A stretch of 64,000 nt of DNA from an uncultured Flavobacteriales bacterium (GCA_938010565.1 CALLUQ010000069.1:3400-67399); one strand, 5' to 3'; shown: positions 1-11,312, counted from the first letter of the stretch. Notes: generated by a model not told the origin, from the sequence alone. Program-made: numbers and translations.

Positions 1-2
1 TC

Positions 3-1346
3 CGCCACCGCCTGGCGATCGAAGCTCGAAAATACCTGGATGACATTCACTTTCTGGAAGTTGAAACTCCGTACCTTATTAAATCCACACCGGAAGGCGC
101 ACGCGATTTTGTGGTACCTTCACGGATGAACCCCGGGCAATTTTATGCCTTGCCCCAATCGCCGCAAACGTTTAAGCAGTTGCTGATGGTTTCCGGATTT
201 GACCGTTATTATCAAATCGTGAAATGTTTCCGCGACGAAGACCTACGCGCCGACCGGCAGCCGGAATTTACTCAACTGGATTGCGAAATGGCTTTTGCAG
301 ATCAGGAAGATATCCTGCAAACATTTGAAGGCTTAGCCCGCCACCTTTTCAAAACCCTGCTCAATCACGATGTGCCGGAGTTCCGGCGGATGACTTACGA
401 TGATGCCATGCGCCTTTACGGCTCCGACAAGCCCGATTTGCGTTTTGGCATGCCCATCGCGGATCTGAAAGAGGCCGTAAGCGGGGCGGGCTTTAAAGTA
501 TTTGATGCCGCTGAATTGGTTGCAGGGATTTGTGTAACAGGAGCTTCGGGGCTTTCTCGCAAAGAGATCGACCAACTCATTAGCTGGGTAAAACGACCGC
601 AGATAGGAGCCAATGGCATCGTATACTGCAAATGCAATGCAGATGGAACTTTCAAATCCAGTGTCGATAAGTTTTACGATCAGAATGCCCTTAAAAAATG
701 GGCAGAAGCCTGTGATGCCCAGCCCGGAGATCTAATACTGGTAATGGCAGGAGAGTTGCACAAAACCCGCAAACAAATGGGGGAATTGCGCCTTGAGGTA
801 GCCGACCGTCAAGGGTGGAGAGATCCCCAGCAGTTTGCCTGCCTCTGGGTGGTTGACTTTCCACTGCTGGAGTGGAACGATGACCACCAACGCTGGCATG
901 CCATGCATCATCCGTTTACTTCGCCCAAAACAGAAGACATTGCTTTCATGGATACCGATCCGGGTAAGGTACGTGCCAATGCCTACGATATGGTGATCAA
1001 TGGAGCGGAGATCGGAGGAGGATCCATCCGTATCCACGACAAAGAGATGCAGCACCGCATGCTTAAACTTTTAGGCTTTTCGGCCAGTCAGGCCGAAGAG
1101 CAATTTGGTTTCCTGATGAATGCTTTCGAATACGGAGCCCCGCCACACGGAGGAGCCGCTTTTGGATTCGACCGCTGGGTGGCCATTTTTGCCGGGCAAT
1201 ATGATATTAAAGATTTTATCGCTTTCCCCAAAAACAATGCAGGCCGTGATGTAATGATCGATGCCCCTGCTTTCATCGATCAGGAGCAACGCGATGAACT
1301 TTTTCCGGACAACAAAGCTCCGGCAACAACTCCCCCTCACCCTTAG
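3..1346 (+). CDS. aspS: Aspartate--tRNA ligase (5'-truncated by the window edge)
   Basis: Frame open from position 3 ([16 protein letters not shown]); class II motifs [41 protein letters not shown]. Confidence 0.97.
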   Translation, partial: RHRLAIEARKYLDDIHFLEVETPYLIKSTPEGARDFVVPSRMNPGQFYALPQSPQTFKQLLMVSGFDRYYQIVKCFRDEDLRADRQPEFTQLDCEMAFADQEDILQTFEGLARHLFKTLLNHDVPEFRRMTYDDAMRLYGSDKPDLRFGMPIADLKEAVSGAGFKVFDAAELVAGICVTGASGLSRKEIDQLISWVKRPQIGANGIVYCKCNADGTFKSSVDKFYDQNALKKWAEACDAQPGDLILVMAGELHKTRKQMGELRLEVADRQGWRDPQQFACLWVVDFPLLEWNDDHQRWHAMHHPFTSPKTEDIAFMDTDPGKVRANAYDMVINGAEIGGGSIRIHDKEMQHRMLKLLGFSASQAEEQFGFLMNAFEYGAPPHGGAAFGFDRWVAIFAGQYDIKDFIAFPKNNAGRDVMIDAPAFIDQEQRDELFPDNKAPATTPPHP

Positions 1347-1696
1347 ACACACCTTGCTCCCGGCTTACGTTCACAGTGCTTTCTTTTTATCGACTAAAAA
1401 AGAAAGCGCCCGGGGCCGGTTTCAGGCAAAGACAGAATCAAAGAGGAAAAGCGGGGAGATCTTCTTCAGCTAAGAAAACCTTATTGGGAAAAGCAGGAAT
1501 AAAGAAATTTACATTTTTTCACGATCAAACCGGAAAAAGCTCCGAAATTACAACCTGAACCACAAAAGGCGATGCATGGTTCCGGTCCGGTTTCAGCATC
1601 TGTTGCAGTAAAGTGTTTTATTTTGCATGCAAACAGATTTATGCTTCCGGATGCGGATTTTTTTATACATTTCGCTCAACCCATTTTACCCAAACC

Positions 1697-2581
1697 ATGA
1701 CAGTCGCGATTTACGGTCGTTCGTTTAACGATAGTTTTTGCCCTTTTATCCAGCAACTTTTTGACCGGATAGCAGAGGAAGGAAATCCCATCTACGTTTA
1801 CCACACCTTTCTTTCTTACCTCAAGGTACGCATCAAACTGCCCAAACTGGTAGAAAGCTTTACCGTAACAGCAAAAGAAAGCCTTTCCGTAAAGATCGAT
1901 TACCTGTTCAGCATTGGCGGCGATGGCACATTACTGGAAACCATGCGCATCATCCGCGATTCGGAAATTCCGGTTTTGGGCATCAATACCGGTCGCCTGG
2001 GTTTTTTATCCAGCATTCACCGGGATGATATCAACAAAGCCATTGACCAGATCAAATCGAAAAGTTATCGTTTAGACAAACGATCGCTACTTTATCTGAA
2101 AGACGAAAACGGACTTTTTGACGGGCTGCCCTATGCACTGAACGAATTAACCGTTCACAAAAAAGATTCGTCGAGCATGATTACCATACATGCTTTCATC
2201 GGGGACGACTACCTGAATAGCTATTGGGCAGATGGCCTCATTGTTGCCACCCCAACAGGTAGCACTGCCTATTCAATGAGCTGCGGCGGTCCCATTCTGG
2301 TGCCCGACAGTCCGAACTTTATCATTACACCGATTGCCCCACACAATTTGAATGTACGACCTGTTGTAGTACCGGATAACGTATCTGTTCGATTGAAAGT
2401 TGAAGGGCGTGGAAGGCAGTTTTTGGCCAACCTCGATTCCCGATCGAGAACCATTGAAGCTTCCTCCGAACTGGTCATGTCAAAAGCCGATTTTTTGTAT
2501 CAACTGATCCTCCCTGAAGGGGAGAATTTCCTTAACACGATGAGGAACAAGCTAATGTGGGGAATAGACAGAAGAAATTAG
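1697..2581 (+). CDS. nadK: NAD kinase
   Basis: GGDGTLL, GINTGRLGFL, NE and DGLIVATPTGSTAYSMSCGGP motifs; ATG at 1697 preferred over the upstream alternative start. Confidence 0.96.
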   Translation: MTVAIYGRSFNDSFCPFIQQLFDRIAEEGNPIYVYHTFLSYLKVRIKLPKLVESFTVTAKESLSVKIDYLFSIGGDGTLLETMRIIRDSEIPVLGINTGRLGFLSSIHRDDINKAIDQIKSKSYRLDKRSLLYLKDENGLFDGLPYALNELTVHKKDSSSMITIHAFIGDDYLNSYWADGLIVATPTGSTAYSMSCGGPILVPDSPNFIITPIAPHNLNVRPVVVPDNVSVRLKVEGRGRQFLANLDSRSRTIEASSELVMSKADFLYQLILPEGENFLNTMRNKLMWGIDRRN

Positions 2582-2736
2582 ACCCCCTTGAAACCCTCTG
2601 TTGAATAGCCCCGTATAGCTATATATATATAATTGCCTCGTCTGGTTGTGCAGACCCCTCCTCTACCTATCTACTTGCACAGAACCAATTTATCCGGTTA
2701 GTTTTTGCTCGAACAGAGGCTTTTAGAACTCTAACC

Positions 2737-3660
2737 ATGCGTCACACACTATTTACACTATTCGTAGTGCTCATGCTGCCTATACAAAATTTTGCCCAAA
2801 ACAGGCATTGGATATTTTATCGCCACGCGTTGCATTTTGGCTTGGGCACAAGTAATTTTCTGGGAGAGTTGGGAGGAGCCAACCAGATCGGGACCAATGG
2901 CATCAAAGACCTTGAGCTTTCGCTTACCCGATATAGCATTACCGCAGGTTATCGCTATAAACTAACACCTAACATCGGGTTACGAACTTCCTTGATCCAT
3001 GCGCTTCTTCGTGGCGATGATGCAAAAACGGAAGAGATCCACCGAAAAAACAGAAACCTGCATTTCAAATCTCCGATAGTACAGCTGGTAGGTTTGTTCG
3101 AGTGGTATCCTTTCGGTGACAAAACAAGTCGCTTTGCTCGCCTCAAAGGAATAAGAAACCAAAACCTAAACAACTACAACCTTTATTTATTCAGCGGCAT
3201 TGGCGGTTTTTGGTTCAACCCCAAAGCCCAAGCTGCTTCGGATGGCAAATGGCATACCCTCCAACCGCTGGGTACGGAAGGCCAAAGGGTGGCCGGTTCC
3301 GGTGTTCACTCTTACAAACGCATTCAGTTTTCCATTCCGATGGGAATAGGAATAAAATACAATCTCGATCATCAATTGAGCATCGGCCTTGAAATTTGGG
3401 GCCATAAAACCTTTACCGATTACATTGATGACGTAAGCAACGTTTATCACAACAAAGCCGAACTCAGTGCTGTTGGTGGCCCTGTTACCGAAGAGCTTTC
3501 CGACCCTTCTCTGGGGCTGGAAGGATCGGGATGGACACCATCAGGCATCATTCCCGGCCAACAACGAGGTGATCCATCGGATAAAGATTCTTATATTTTC
3601 GCAATATTTACGATTAACTATAAGTTATTACAAGGCCGGCTGCACTTGCCCAAGTTCTAG
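2737..3660 (+). CDS. DUF6089/PorG-like outer-membrane beta-barrel protein (paralog 1)
   Basis: Signal peptide; RNLHFKS, LQPLGTEGQ and TFTDYIDDVS motifs; located between nadK and uppS. Confidence 0.8.
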   Translation: MRHTLFTLFVVLMLPIQNFAQNRHWIFYRHALHFGLGTSNFLGELGGANQIGTNGIKDLELSLTRYSITAGYRYKLTPNIGLRTSLIHALLRGDDAKTEEIHRKNRNLHFKSPIVQLVGLFEWYPFGDKTSRFARLKGIRNQNLNNYNLYLFSGIGGFWFNPKAQAASDGKWHTLQPLGTEGQRVAGSGVHSYKRIQFSIPMGIGIKYNLDHQLSIGLEIWGHKTFTDYIDDVSNVYHNKAELSAVGGPVTEELSDPSLGLEGSGWTPSGIIPGQQRGDPSDKDSYIFAIFTINYKLLQGRLHLPKF

Positions 3661-3687
3661 AGACAGGGCAAGTTACCTGATCATCTC

Positions 3688-4554
3688 ATGAAACAAATTG
3701 TCCTTACTCTTACCTTTTTCAACCTTATCTTTTATGCGCCAGCTCAGTCTGTTGCCATTTCTGAGGTTGGAGTAACCGCACTGGGTGCTTACTACATCGG
3801 CGACCTCAACCCTTTTGTCCACTTCAAACAAACCCAACCCGGCGGAGGCCTAACATACCGCCTCAATTTTGACCAACGTTTTGCATTGCGCTCCAGTGTT
3901 GCCTATTCGCAGGTAGAAGGTTACGATAGTAAAACAGGCCTTGCTTTTCAGGTCAATCGCAACTTATCTTTTAAATCACACATTTTTGAGTTTGCCGCTG
4001 TCATGGAGTTTAACTTTTTCGACTATGCCCATGGCAATCTGACACGCAACACTATAGGTGGCAACACCCGCAACCGCTCCGCTTATCTTTCACCCTATAT
4101 GTTTGGAGGAGTTGCTTTTTTCCGAATGAACCCCAAAGGGCGTCTTCCGGAAAATGATACCTGGGTGGAGCTGCAACCTTTGGGCACAGAAGGCCAAGGT
4201 TCCGAAAACAACAACAAAAGGCCATACAGCCTGGGGCAATTGGCCATCCCATTCGGAGTTGGCACCAAATGCAATGTAGGCAAATACGGCACGCTGGCAT
4301 TGGAGTACGGTTTGCGAAAAACCTTCACCGACTTTCTCGACGATGTGAGCGGAAGCTATGTGGACCCGGATGCCCTGACCCTTACCAATGGTCCCCTTGC
4401 GAACAGCCTGTCCGATCAATCCCTTTCTACTCCCGGTTATCCTATAAACGGAACACAACGCGGATTTTCCAACAACAAGGATTGGTATGTTTTTACATCG
4501 CTGCATCTGACTTTCCGGATCGGAAACAAGAATTTGTGTCCTGCCGCCAAATAA
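3688..4554 (+). CDS. DUF6089/PorG-like outer-membrane beta-barrel protein (paralog 2)
   Basis: YYIGDLNP, RNLSFKS, LQPLGTEGQ and TFTDFLDDVS motifs; C-terminal Cys; directly upstream of uppS. Confidence 0.8.
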   Translation: MKQIVLTLTFFNLIFYAPAQSVAISEVGVTALGAYYIGDLNPFVHFKQTQPGGGLTYRLNFDQRFALRSSVAYSQVEGYDSKTGLAFQVNRNLSFKSHIFEFAAVMEFNFFDYAHGNLTRNTIGGNTRNRSAYLSPYMFGGVAFFRMNPKGRLPENDTWVELQPLGTEGQGSENNNKRPYSLGQLAIPFGVGTKCNVGKYGTLALEYGLRKTFTDFLDDVSGSYVDPDALTLTNGPLANSLSDQSLSTPGYPINGTQRGFSNNKDWYVFTSLHLTFRIGNKNLCPAAK

Positions 4555-4627
4555 ATCCCCTTCCAAAACCCCGAAATGTCAATTTTTCTTGCGAAATTCG
4601 CGCTTTCGTTTTCATGAGGCAAATGCC

Positions 4628-5392
4628 ATGGATGCAGCCCAGATAAGAGACAAAATTAACCGGAACAGCGTTCCCAGACACATTGCCATTATTATGGACG
4701 GAAACGGACGTTGGGCAGAGCAACAGGGTGAGCAACGTATTTTCGGCCACACTACAGGTGTAGAATCTGTTCGGGAAGTACTCATGGCTGCTCAGGAAAT
4801 AGGAGTGGATTACCTTACGCTTTATGCTTTTTCCACAGAGAACTGGAACCGGCCGGAGTGGGAAGTGAATGCCTTGATGGATCTGTTAGTAAATTCCATT
4901 TCCAATGAAATTGAATCGCTCAACAAAAACAAGGTTCGATTGCTTGCCATAGGCGACTTGGAAAACCTACCTGAAAAGTGCCGCGCCGAGTTAATGCATG
5001 CCATCGATAAAACAAAGCACAACACCGGAGTTCGTTTAATTCTGGCATTGAATTACAGTTCAAAATGGGAACTGACACATGCAATGAAACACATTGCACG
5101 CGACATTGCGGAAAAAAAGCTCATTGCAGAAGAAATAAATGATCATTTAATCAGTTCATACCTGTCAACAGCCCCTTATCCGGACCCCGAGTTATTGATA
5201 CGGACAAGTGGCGAACAACGGATCAGTAATTTTCTTTTATGGCAAATTGCTTATGCTGAGCTTCATTTTACAGAAACACTGTGGCCTGATTTTAAGAAAG
5301 CTCATTTCTTCCAGGCCATCATCGATTATCAGAAAAGAGAACGACGTTTTGGAAAGACAAGCGATCAAATTCGCCCGTCACAACCTGCTTAA
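4628..5392 (+). CDS. uppS: Undecaprenyl/polyprenyl diphosphate synthase
   Basis: HIAIIMDGNGRWA, YAFSTENW.RP and RTSGEQRISNFLLWQ motifs. Confidence 0.97.
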   Translation: MDAAQIRDKINRNSVPRHIAIIMDGNGRWAEQQGEQRIFGHTTGVESVREVLMAAQEIGVDYLTLYAFSTENWNRPEWEVNALMDLLVNSISNEIESLNKNKVRLLAIGDLENLPEKCRAELMHAIDKTKHNTGVRLILALNYSSKWELTHAMKHIARDIAEKKLIAEEINDHLISSYLSTAPYPDPELLIRTSGEQRISNFLLWQIAYAELHFTETLWPDFKKAHFFQAIIDYQKRERRFGKTSDQIRPSQPA

Positions 5393-7925
5393 CTTTGCCT
5401 TCCTGCTGGCTGCACTCCTTGCTGCACCTACAGTTCAATCGCAGATTCTGATCTCAGGTGATGACAAACTCATTGATTACAGTGTTCCAAAGGAATACAT
5501 CATTGGTGGAATTACCGTAGATGGCTTACGCCACCTCGACAAAAATGCAATCATCCTTTTATCGGGAATGGGCGTGGGCGATAAGGTAACGATCCCGGGC
5601 CAGAAAACAGCAGATGCTGTCCGAAATCTATGGAAACAACAGCTCTTCTCCGAAATCAAGATCAGGGCAACCAAAATTCAGGGCAATACGATTTTTCTTA
5701 CCTATTCCCTTACCGAAAGGCCCCGGCTTTCCTTTTTCAAGTTCGAAGGCATTTCCAAAGGAGAGGTCAACGATATCCGGGAAATGATCGATTACCACAC
5801 GGGAAAGATCGTAACGGAAAACCTGACCAATACCACCCGACACAAAGTGCGTGGCTTTTTTATCGACAAAGGATTTTACAAGGTTGGGGTAGACATCAGC
5901 CAACAAAAAGATACCACCATTAATAACGGGGTGATCTTGACCATCAATGTGGCAAAAGGTTCGCGGATAAAGGTGAAAAACATTGATTTTGAGGGCAATG
6001 AAAACCTTTCTACTGCCAAGCTCCGCCGCACCATGAAAAACACCAAAGAAAAAAAATGGTGGCGCATATTCAGCCCGTCGAAATTCCTGATCGGCCAATA
6101 CGAAGACGACAAAAAAGCCCTTGCAGGCCGTTATAATGTGGATGGATTCCGAGATGCCAATGTGGCTTGGGATTCCGTATATACTTATGATGAAAAGAGC
6201 CTCAACATCAACATTAAAATGGAGGAAGGGCGCAAATATTATTTTCGCAACATCAGTTGGGTAGGCAACACCCTGTACAGCAGCGATGTGCTTGATCGTG
6301 TGCTGGGCATTGAACGAGGAGATGTGTACAATCAGGCCACTTTGGATGCTCGTTTGTTTTACGATCCAAAAGGCGGGCAGGACATTACTTCGCTTTATAT
6401 GGATGATGGCTATCTTTTCTTCAGCATCACTCCGGTGGAAGTGCTTGTGGAAGGCGATTCGATCGACCTTGAAATGCGGATCAACGAAGGCAAACAGGCT
6501 CGGGTAAACCGCATCATCATCAAAGGAAATGTCAAAACCAACGACCATGTTATCCTCCGGGAGATCCGCGTCAAACCAGGCGACCTGTTCAACCGTACCG
6601 ACATTATGCGTACTACACGGGAATTGGCTCAACTGGGGTATTTTGATCCTGAAAAACTGGATGTAAACCCCATTCCGGACCCTGTCAACGGAACGGTAGA
6701 TATCGAATTTCAGGTAGAAGAGCGTTCTTCCGATCAGATCGAACTTTCGGGAGGCTGGGGAGCCGGACGAATTGTAGGAACACTCGGACTTTCGCTGAAT
6801 AATTTTTCTGCCCGTAATATGTTCACAGGTCCTTGGGACCCGGTTCCCTCCGGAGATGGGCAACGCGTTTCAATTCGTGCCCAAAGCAACGGATCGTGGT
6901 TCCAATCGTACAATGCTTCTTTTACGGAACCCTGGCTGGGAGGAAAAAAACCCAATGCGCTGAGCGTTTCCGTTTTCCATTCCATTCAAACCAATGGTCA
7001 ACCCAAAAACATCGAAATAGAAGGAGAAAAAGTACCCAACCCGGATCGCAATTTTATCAAAATTACCGGGGCAAGCCTGGGGTTGGGGCAACGCCTGCGG
7101 TGGCCGGATGATTTTTTCACCGTTTACAACGAAATTTCATACCAGCATTACAACCTGAATAATTTCGGTTCTGTTTTCGCTTTTTCAGAAGGCGAGGCCA
7201 ACAACCTTAGTTATCGTTTTTCTTTATCGCGAAACAGCGTGGATCGCCCCATCTTTCCAATGCGCGGATCCAACGTTACGCTTACGTTAAAATTTACCCC
7301 GCCATTCTCTTTATTTGATGACATTACAGACTACCGGAATGTAAGCGATCAAGATAAATACCGCTGGATCGAATACCACAAATGGAAATTCACTTCAGAG
7401 TGGTTTACTCCTTTAACCAACGGCAAAAACAAACTCGTTTTGCGTACCAAGTTTGGTTTCGGGATTTTGGGGTCTTATAACCAAAGTTTGGGTGCTGCGC
7501 CATTCGAGCGATTCTACCTCGGAGGAAGCGCCCTTACCGGGTTCAGCCTCGACGGGCGCGAGATCATTGCCCTTCGCGGCTACGATGACCTCTCGGTTGC
7601 TCCATCTACAGGGAGTACCATAGTAAACAAATATACCGCAGAGTTGCGCTACCCCCTCTCGCTGAACCCCAATGCCACCATTTTTGCGCTTGCCTTTGCC
7701 GAGGCAGGAAATACCTGGACAAAAGTGAACGATTACAACCCGTTTTCCGTGAAACGTTCGGCCGGGGTCGGAGTACGTATTTTCCTACCTATGTTCGGGT
7801 TAATGGGATTGGATTACGGACTGGGTTTCGATCCTCTGGAAACCGATCCTTTCTTTGTACCCTTCAAAACATCCAAACAAGGGCAATTCCATTTCACCAT
7901 TGGCATGAATCTTGGGGAACTCTGA
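5349..7925 (+). CDS. bamA: Outer membrane protein assembly factor BamA
   Basis: POTRA-like repeats, IALRGY barrel motif, operon order uppS-bamA-skp; TTG start at 5349 overlapping the uppS end is inferred. Confidence 0.95.
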   Translation: MERQAIKFARHNLLNFAFLLAALLAAPTVQSQILISGDDKLIDYSVPKEYIIGGITVDGLRHLDKNAIILLSGMGVGDKVTIPGQKTADAVRNLWKQQLFSEIKIRATKIQGNTIFLTYSLTERPRLSFFKFEGISKGEVNDIREMIDYHTGKIVTENLTNTTRHKVRGFFIDKGFYKVGVDISQQKDTTINNGVILTINVAKGSRIKVKNIDFEGNENLSTAKLRRTMKNTKEKKWWRIFSPSKFLIGQYEDDKKALAGRYNVDGFRDANVAWDSVYTYDEKSLNINIKMEEGRKYYFRNISWVGNTLYSSDVLDRVLGIERGDVYNQATLDARLFYDPKGGQDITSLYMDDGYLFFSITPVEVLVEGDSIDLEMRINEGKQARVNRIIIKGNVKTNDHVILREIRVKPGDLFNRTDIMRTTRELAQLGYFDPEKLDVNPIPDPVNGTVDIEFQVEERSSDQIELSGGWGAGRIVGTLGLSLNNFSARNMFTGPWDPVPSGDGQRVSIRAQSNGSWFQSYNASFTEPWLGGKKPNALSVSVFHSIQTNGQPKNIEIEGEKVPNPDRNFIKITGASLGLGQRLRWPDDFFTVYNEISYQHYNLNNFGSVFAFSEGEANNLSYRFSLSRNSVDRPIFPMRGSNVTLTLKFTPPFSLFDDITDYRNVSDQDKYRWIEYHKWKFTSEWFTPLTNGKNKLVLRTKFGFGILGSYNQSLGAAPFERFYLGGSALTGFSLDGREIIALRGYDDLSVAPSTGSTIVNKYTAELRYPLSLNPNATIFALAFAEAGNTWTKVNDYNPFSVKRSAGVGVRIFLPMFGLMGLDYGLGFDPLETDPFFVPFKTSKQGQFHFTIGMNLGEL

Positions 7926-8008
7926 TCGAATTGTTGTATTTTTACACCCGTGATGTGATCACCATAACATAAATGGAAGAACAGGGGTGTAGCCTAATCC
8001 AGGATCAA

Positions 8009-8536
8009 ATGAAAAAATTATGTTTACTTGTAGTTCTTGTAACCGGTTTAACAGGCTTTTATGCTGAGGTGCAAGCACAAAAATATGCTTTTGTAGATTC
8101 GGAGTACATTCTGAAACAAATTCCGGCTTACAAAGATGCACAAGAACAGTTGGATCAACTTTCGGAACAATGGCAAAAAGAAATTGAAGCGAAATTTGCC
8201 GAAGTGGACCAATTGTATAAAGCATACCTGAAGGAACAAATCCTTCTGACCGAAGAACTCAAGCAACAGCGGGAAGAAGCAATCATTAAGAAAGAAAAAG
8301 AGGCAAAAGACCTTCAGCGCACAAAGTTTGGTGTAGATGGCGATCTGTTCACAAAACGACAAGAGCTGGTGAAACCGATACAAGACGAAGTGTACAGCGC
8401 CATAAAAACCATTGCTGCCGAAGGAAATTATGCGGTTATTTTTGACAAGGCAAACAACTCAAATATAATGTACGCGAACGAACGCTACGATAAAAGCAAT
8501 AAAATACTTGAAAAAATGGGGGTTACTCCCAAATAA
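8009..8536 (+). CDS. skp: OmpH/Skp chaperone (1)
   Basis: Signal peptide, AQKYAFVDSEYIL, coiled coil, YAVIFDK; follows bamA. Confidence 0.92.
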   Translation: MKKLCLLVVLVTGLTGFYAEVQAQKYAFVDSEYILKQIPAYKDAQEQLDQLSEQWQKEIEAKFAEVDQLYKAYLKEQILLTEELKQQREEAIIKKEKEAKDLQRTKFGVDGDLFTKRQELVKPIQDEVYSAIKTIAAEGNYAVIFDKANNSNIMYANERYDKSNKILEKMGVTPK

Positions 8537-8567
8537 AGTTACTCTTTTACGACTGATAATTATTGAG

Positions 8568-9101
8568 ATGAAAAAGACCATCATTTTAGCCATTTGTTTG
8601 TTGACTGTTGGAGCCGGAGTTGCTTTGGCACAACAAAAAGTAGGGCACGTCAATGCCAATGAAATTCTGATTGCCCTTCCGGAGTTTAAAACCGCCAGCG
8701 ACTCGGCCCAAAACCTGGAGTTTTTTTACCAGAATGAACTGAAAGAGCTGCAAGGCGATTTTCAGAAAAGAGCGACTGATTTTCAAGAAAGCCAGGGCAG
8801 CATGAGCGAAGCCATGCGCAAAATCAAATATGAAAGCCTGGTGGAGGAAGAGCAAAAATTACAATTATACGCCCAGGAGGTTCAAAAAGAACTAACCAAT
8901 AAAAAACAATTGCTCATGAAACCCCTTGAGGAAAAACTCATGGGAGCTATTGATGCCGTTGCAAAAGCCAATAAGTATACGTACATCATTGATGCTTCTT
9001 TACTGATCTACGCGGATGGCGACAACATCGCATCATTGGTGTTTGAACACCTCAACATCACTCCACCTGCGGAGACCAGCCTCCAAAACGGAGAAAAATA
9101 A
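8568..9101 (+). CDS. skp: OmpH/Skp chaperone (2)
   Basis: Signal peptide, QQKVGHVN, YTYIID motifs; tandem paralog. Confidence 0.9.
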   Translation: MKKTIILAICLLTVGAGVALAQQKVGHVNANEILIALPEFKTASDSAQNLEFFYQNELKELQGDFQKRATDFQESQGSMSEAMRKIKYESLVEEEQKLQLYAQEVQKELTNKKQLLMKPLEEKLMGAIDAVAKANKYTYIIDASLLIYADGDNIASLVFEHLNITPPAETSLQNGEK

Positions 9102-9125
9102 GCCTTTCACAGTTTTGTATATAGT

Positions 9126-9160
9126 AAAAGCATCCGGCTCATTTTAACCGGATGCTTTTT
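9126..9160 (+). terminator. Intrinsic terminator after skp2
   Basis: AAAAGCATCCGG-N10-CCGGATGCTTTT inverted repeat with T tract. Confidence 0.8.
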
Positions 9161-9179
9161 GTTTCCCCGGGGATGGCTT

Positions 9180-9989
9180 ATGAATACCGATGCTCCTATT
9201 GGCATTTTTGATTCCGGGATCGGCGGACTGACAGTTGCCGGTGCCATTCAAGCCCTAATGCCCGATGAGCAGCTGATCTATTTCGGCGATACGGCACATT
9301 TCCCTTACGGAGAAAAATCGCCTGAAGCGATCCGGAACTACAGCCTCCGGATCAGTGCATTTTTATTGCACAAAGGATGCAAGGCTATTTTGATCGCCTG
9401 TAATTCTGCCTCATCCGTAGCGTATACCCAGGTAAAAAAATATGTTGGAAACAAAGCGCTGGTTGTCAATGTAATTGACCCAATATGCCAATACGCTGCC
9501 ACCCATTACCACCAGACTCGTATTGGCGTAATAGGCACACGCGCCACCATAAAGTCAGAGGTTTATATAAAGCGGATCAAAAAATTAAACCCGGCGCTGG
9601 AAGTGCCTTCTATGGCCACACCGCTGCTGGCTCCTATGATCGAAGAAGGCTTTTTCAACCACACCATCAGCCAAACCGTGATCCACTCCTACCTTTCCGG
9701 AAAACATTTCCAAAACCTGAGTGCACTAATCTTGGGATGTACCCATTACCCACTCATCAAAAAAGAAATACGGGAATACTACAAAAAAGAAGTGGAGATC
9801 ATTGACTCAGCCAACATTGTAGCCCACCATCTTCATCGGAAACTGGCCGAAAATAAGCTCCTACACTCCGGAAACCAAAAAACTGCGCACCGGTTCTTTG
9901 TTTCGGATTATACCCGTTCTTTCGAAAAAAGCAGCCATCTTTTTTTTGGCAGTGCCATCCATCTGGTGGAAGAAAAGCTATTCCACTAA
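9180..9989 (+). CDS. murI: Glutamate racemase
   Basis: IGIFDSGIGGLTV, IACNSAS and LGCTHYP motifs. Confidence 0.97.
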   Translation: MNTDAPIGIFDSGIGGLTVAGAIQALMPDEQLIYFGDTAHFPYGEKSPEAIRNYSLRISAFLLHKGCKAILIACNSASSVAYTQVKKYVGNKALVVNVIDPICQYAATHYHQTRIGVIGTRATIKSEVYIKRIKKLNPALEVPSMATPLLAPMIEEGFFNHTISQTVIHSYLSGKHFQNLSALILGCTHYPLIKKEIREYYKKEVEIIDSANIVAHHLHRKLAENKLLHSGNQKTAHRFFVSDYTRSFEKSSHLFFGSAIHLVEEKLFH

Positions 9990-10071
9990 ACAGGGCCGAA
10001 GCCCTGCAATTGTTTTGAACCTTACCCTGTTGCGCAAACAGAGCCCGCTAAAAAACGGTGAATGGTTTAAA

Positions 10072-10731
10072 TTATTCGCACTTCTTTTTGAGTTTTGTGG
10101 TAATTGCAATGTCTGCATCCGGCCAAAGTTTGGTGACTCCGTCTTCGCCCGTGTGTTTGGCTTCACAAGCTGTTCCCAGAGCGGCAAGTGCTGCTTCTCC
10201 ATTCCAGCGGTTAAAATTCAGCGAAGCTTTCAGAGTCATGTCATTGCCTTTGATGGTGTAAGTAAAATCCACGGCTTTATCTACGTTGTTCATGTTGAGG
10301 TTTAAAACCCCTGTTCCACCGGAGGTATTGCCTTTGAAGGAGGTAATGCTACCCGTTGCGGTATCGGTATGGAGTGTTCCGAAAAAGATCTGCATCAATT
10401 TTTTATCCCGTACCGGGTCTTCCGAGTTGATGGCGTTCATCATGATCTTAAAGGTGAGTCCGTCCAGAATTTTCTGTGGAGCATCGGGTGTGCCAGTGGT
10501 GGTCACTTCAAATGCTTCCAGTTTCCCGTTTACGCCAACTTTTCCGGAATGCTTGTATGCCGTCCAGGCCACTATGGTAGAAACATTGTCATACGTGTAG
10601 GTACATACTTCCTCTGCTGGCGGAGGGGGCGGCGGAGTGGTTTTGGGTGCATCGGCAGGAGGATTTCCTCCACAGGAAGTCATGATAAAAAGTACGATGG
10701 CCAAAGCCGGAAATAATGGGGAATTTTTCAT
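10072..10731 (-). CDS. YceI-like lipoprotein
   Basis: Lipobox-like MTSC, Pro-rich linker, WTAYK..K.GV.G and RDKKL..IFF motifs. Confidence 0.75.
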   Translation of the reverse strand: MKNSPLFPALAIVLFIMTSCGGNPPADAPKTTPPPPPPAEEVCTYTYDNVSTIVAWTAYKHSGKVGVNGKLEAFEVTTTGTPDAPQKILDGLTFKIMMNAINSEDPVRDKKLMQIFFGTLHTDTATGSITSFKGNTSGGTGVLNLNMNNVDKAVDFTYTIKGNDMTLKASLNFNRWNGEAALAALGTACEAKHTGEDGVTKLWPDADIAITTKLKKKCE

Positions 10732-10799
10732 TTTCTTTTTTTTAAAATTTGTTCTCAGAACTACAAATTTGTCTTTTCACAAAAGGCAGCGGTGTATTT

Positions 10800-11312
10800 T
10801 TACAACTCAAAATGTACCAGGACCTGGTTTTTTTCCACTGCTTCGCCGGTTTGAACCGCCACTTTGCTAATGGTCCCATCAGCCGGCGATTTCAGTACAT
10901 TTTCCATTTTCATGGCTTCAAGCACCAATAAGGGGTCCCCTGCTTTTACCGTTTCTCCTTCCTTATGATACACATCCAACACCAGGCCGGGCATCGGTGC
11001 TTTCATTTCTTTTACTGCCTGCGAGTTGAGGCCATCCATTCCCAGGTTTTTCAATAATGCATCGTAGCGATCTTCCAGCGCTACCTCATAACGTTTACCG
11101 TTCACCAGCAATGCATAGGTTTTGTTGGTACTGTCGACTTCCAGCAACTCAATGTTCCAGGATCTGTTTTCTAACAACAGATGCCAAGATCCGGTCGTTA
11201 AATGAGCCAGATCCAATTCAAACTTTTCATTGCCAATCGCCCCATGGGTAAGCGACTTATCTTCAAACTCTACGTGCAGCCCATCGGCTCCGTTCACCTT
11301 TGCTTTTAACAT
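10800..11312 (-). CDS. Biotin carboxyl carrier (biotin/lipoyl attachment) protein
   Basis: KAPMPGLV and LEAMKMEN biotinylation motif. Confidence 0.92.
   Translation of the reverse strand: MLKAKVNGADGLHVEFEDKSLTHGAIGNEKFELDLAHLTTGSWHLLLENRSWNIELLEVDSTNKTYALLVNGKRYEVALEDRYDALLKNLGMDGLNSQAVKEMKAPMPGLVLDVYHKEGETVKAGDPLLVLEAMKMENVLKSPADGTISKVAVQTGEAVEKNQVLVHFEL

Noticed and set aside
1527..1595. Nested short stems upstream of nadK (possible riboswitch)
   Set aside because: Short stems that match no riboswitch consensus I recognise.
5628..6863. 411-aa minus-strand ORF
   Set aside because: Antisense shadow of bamA with no recognisable motifs.
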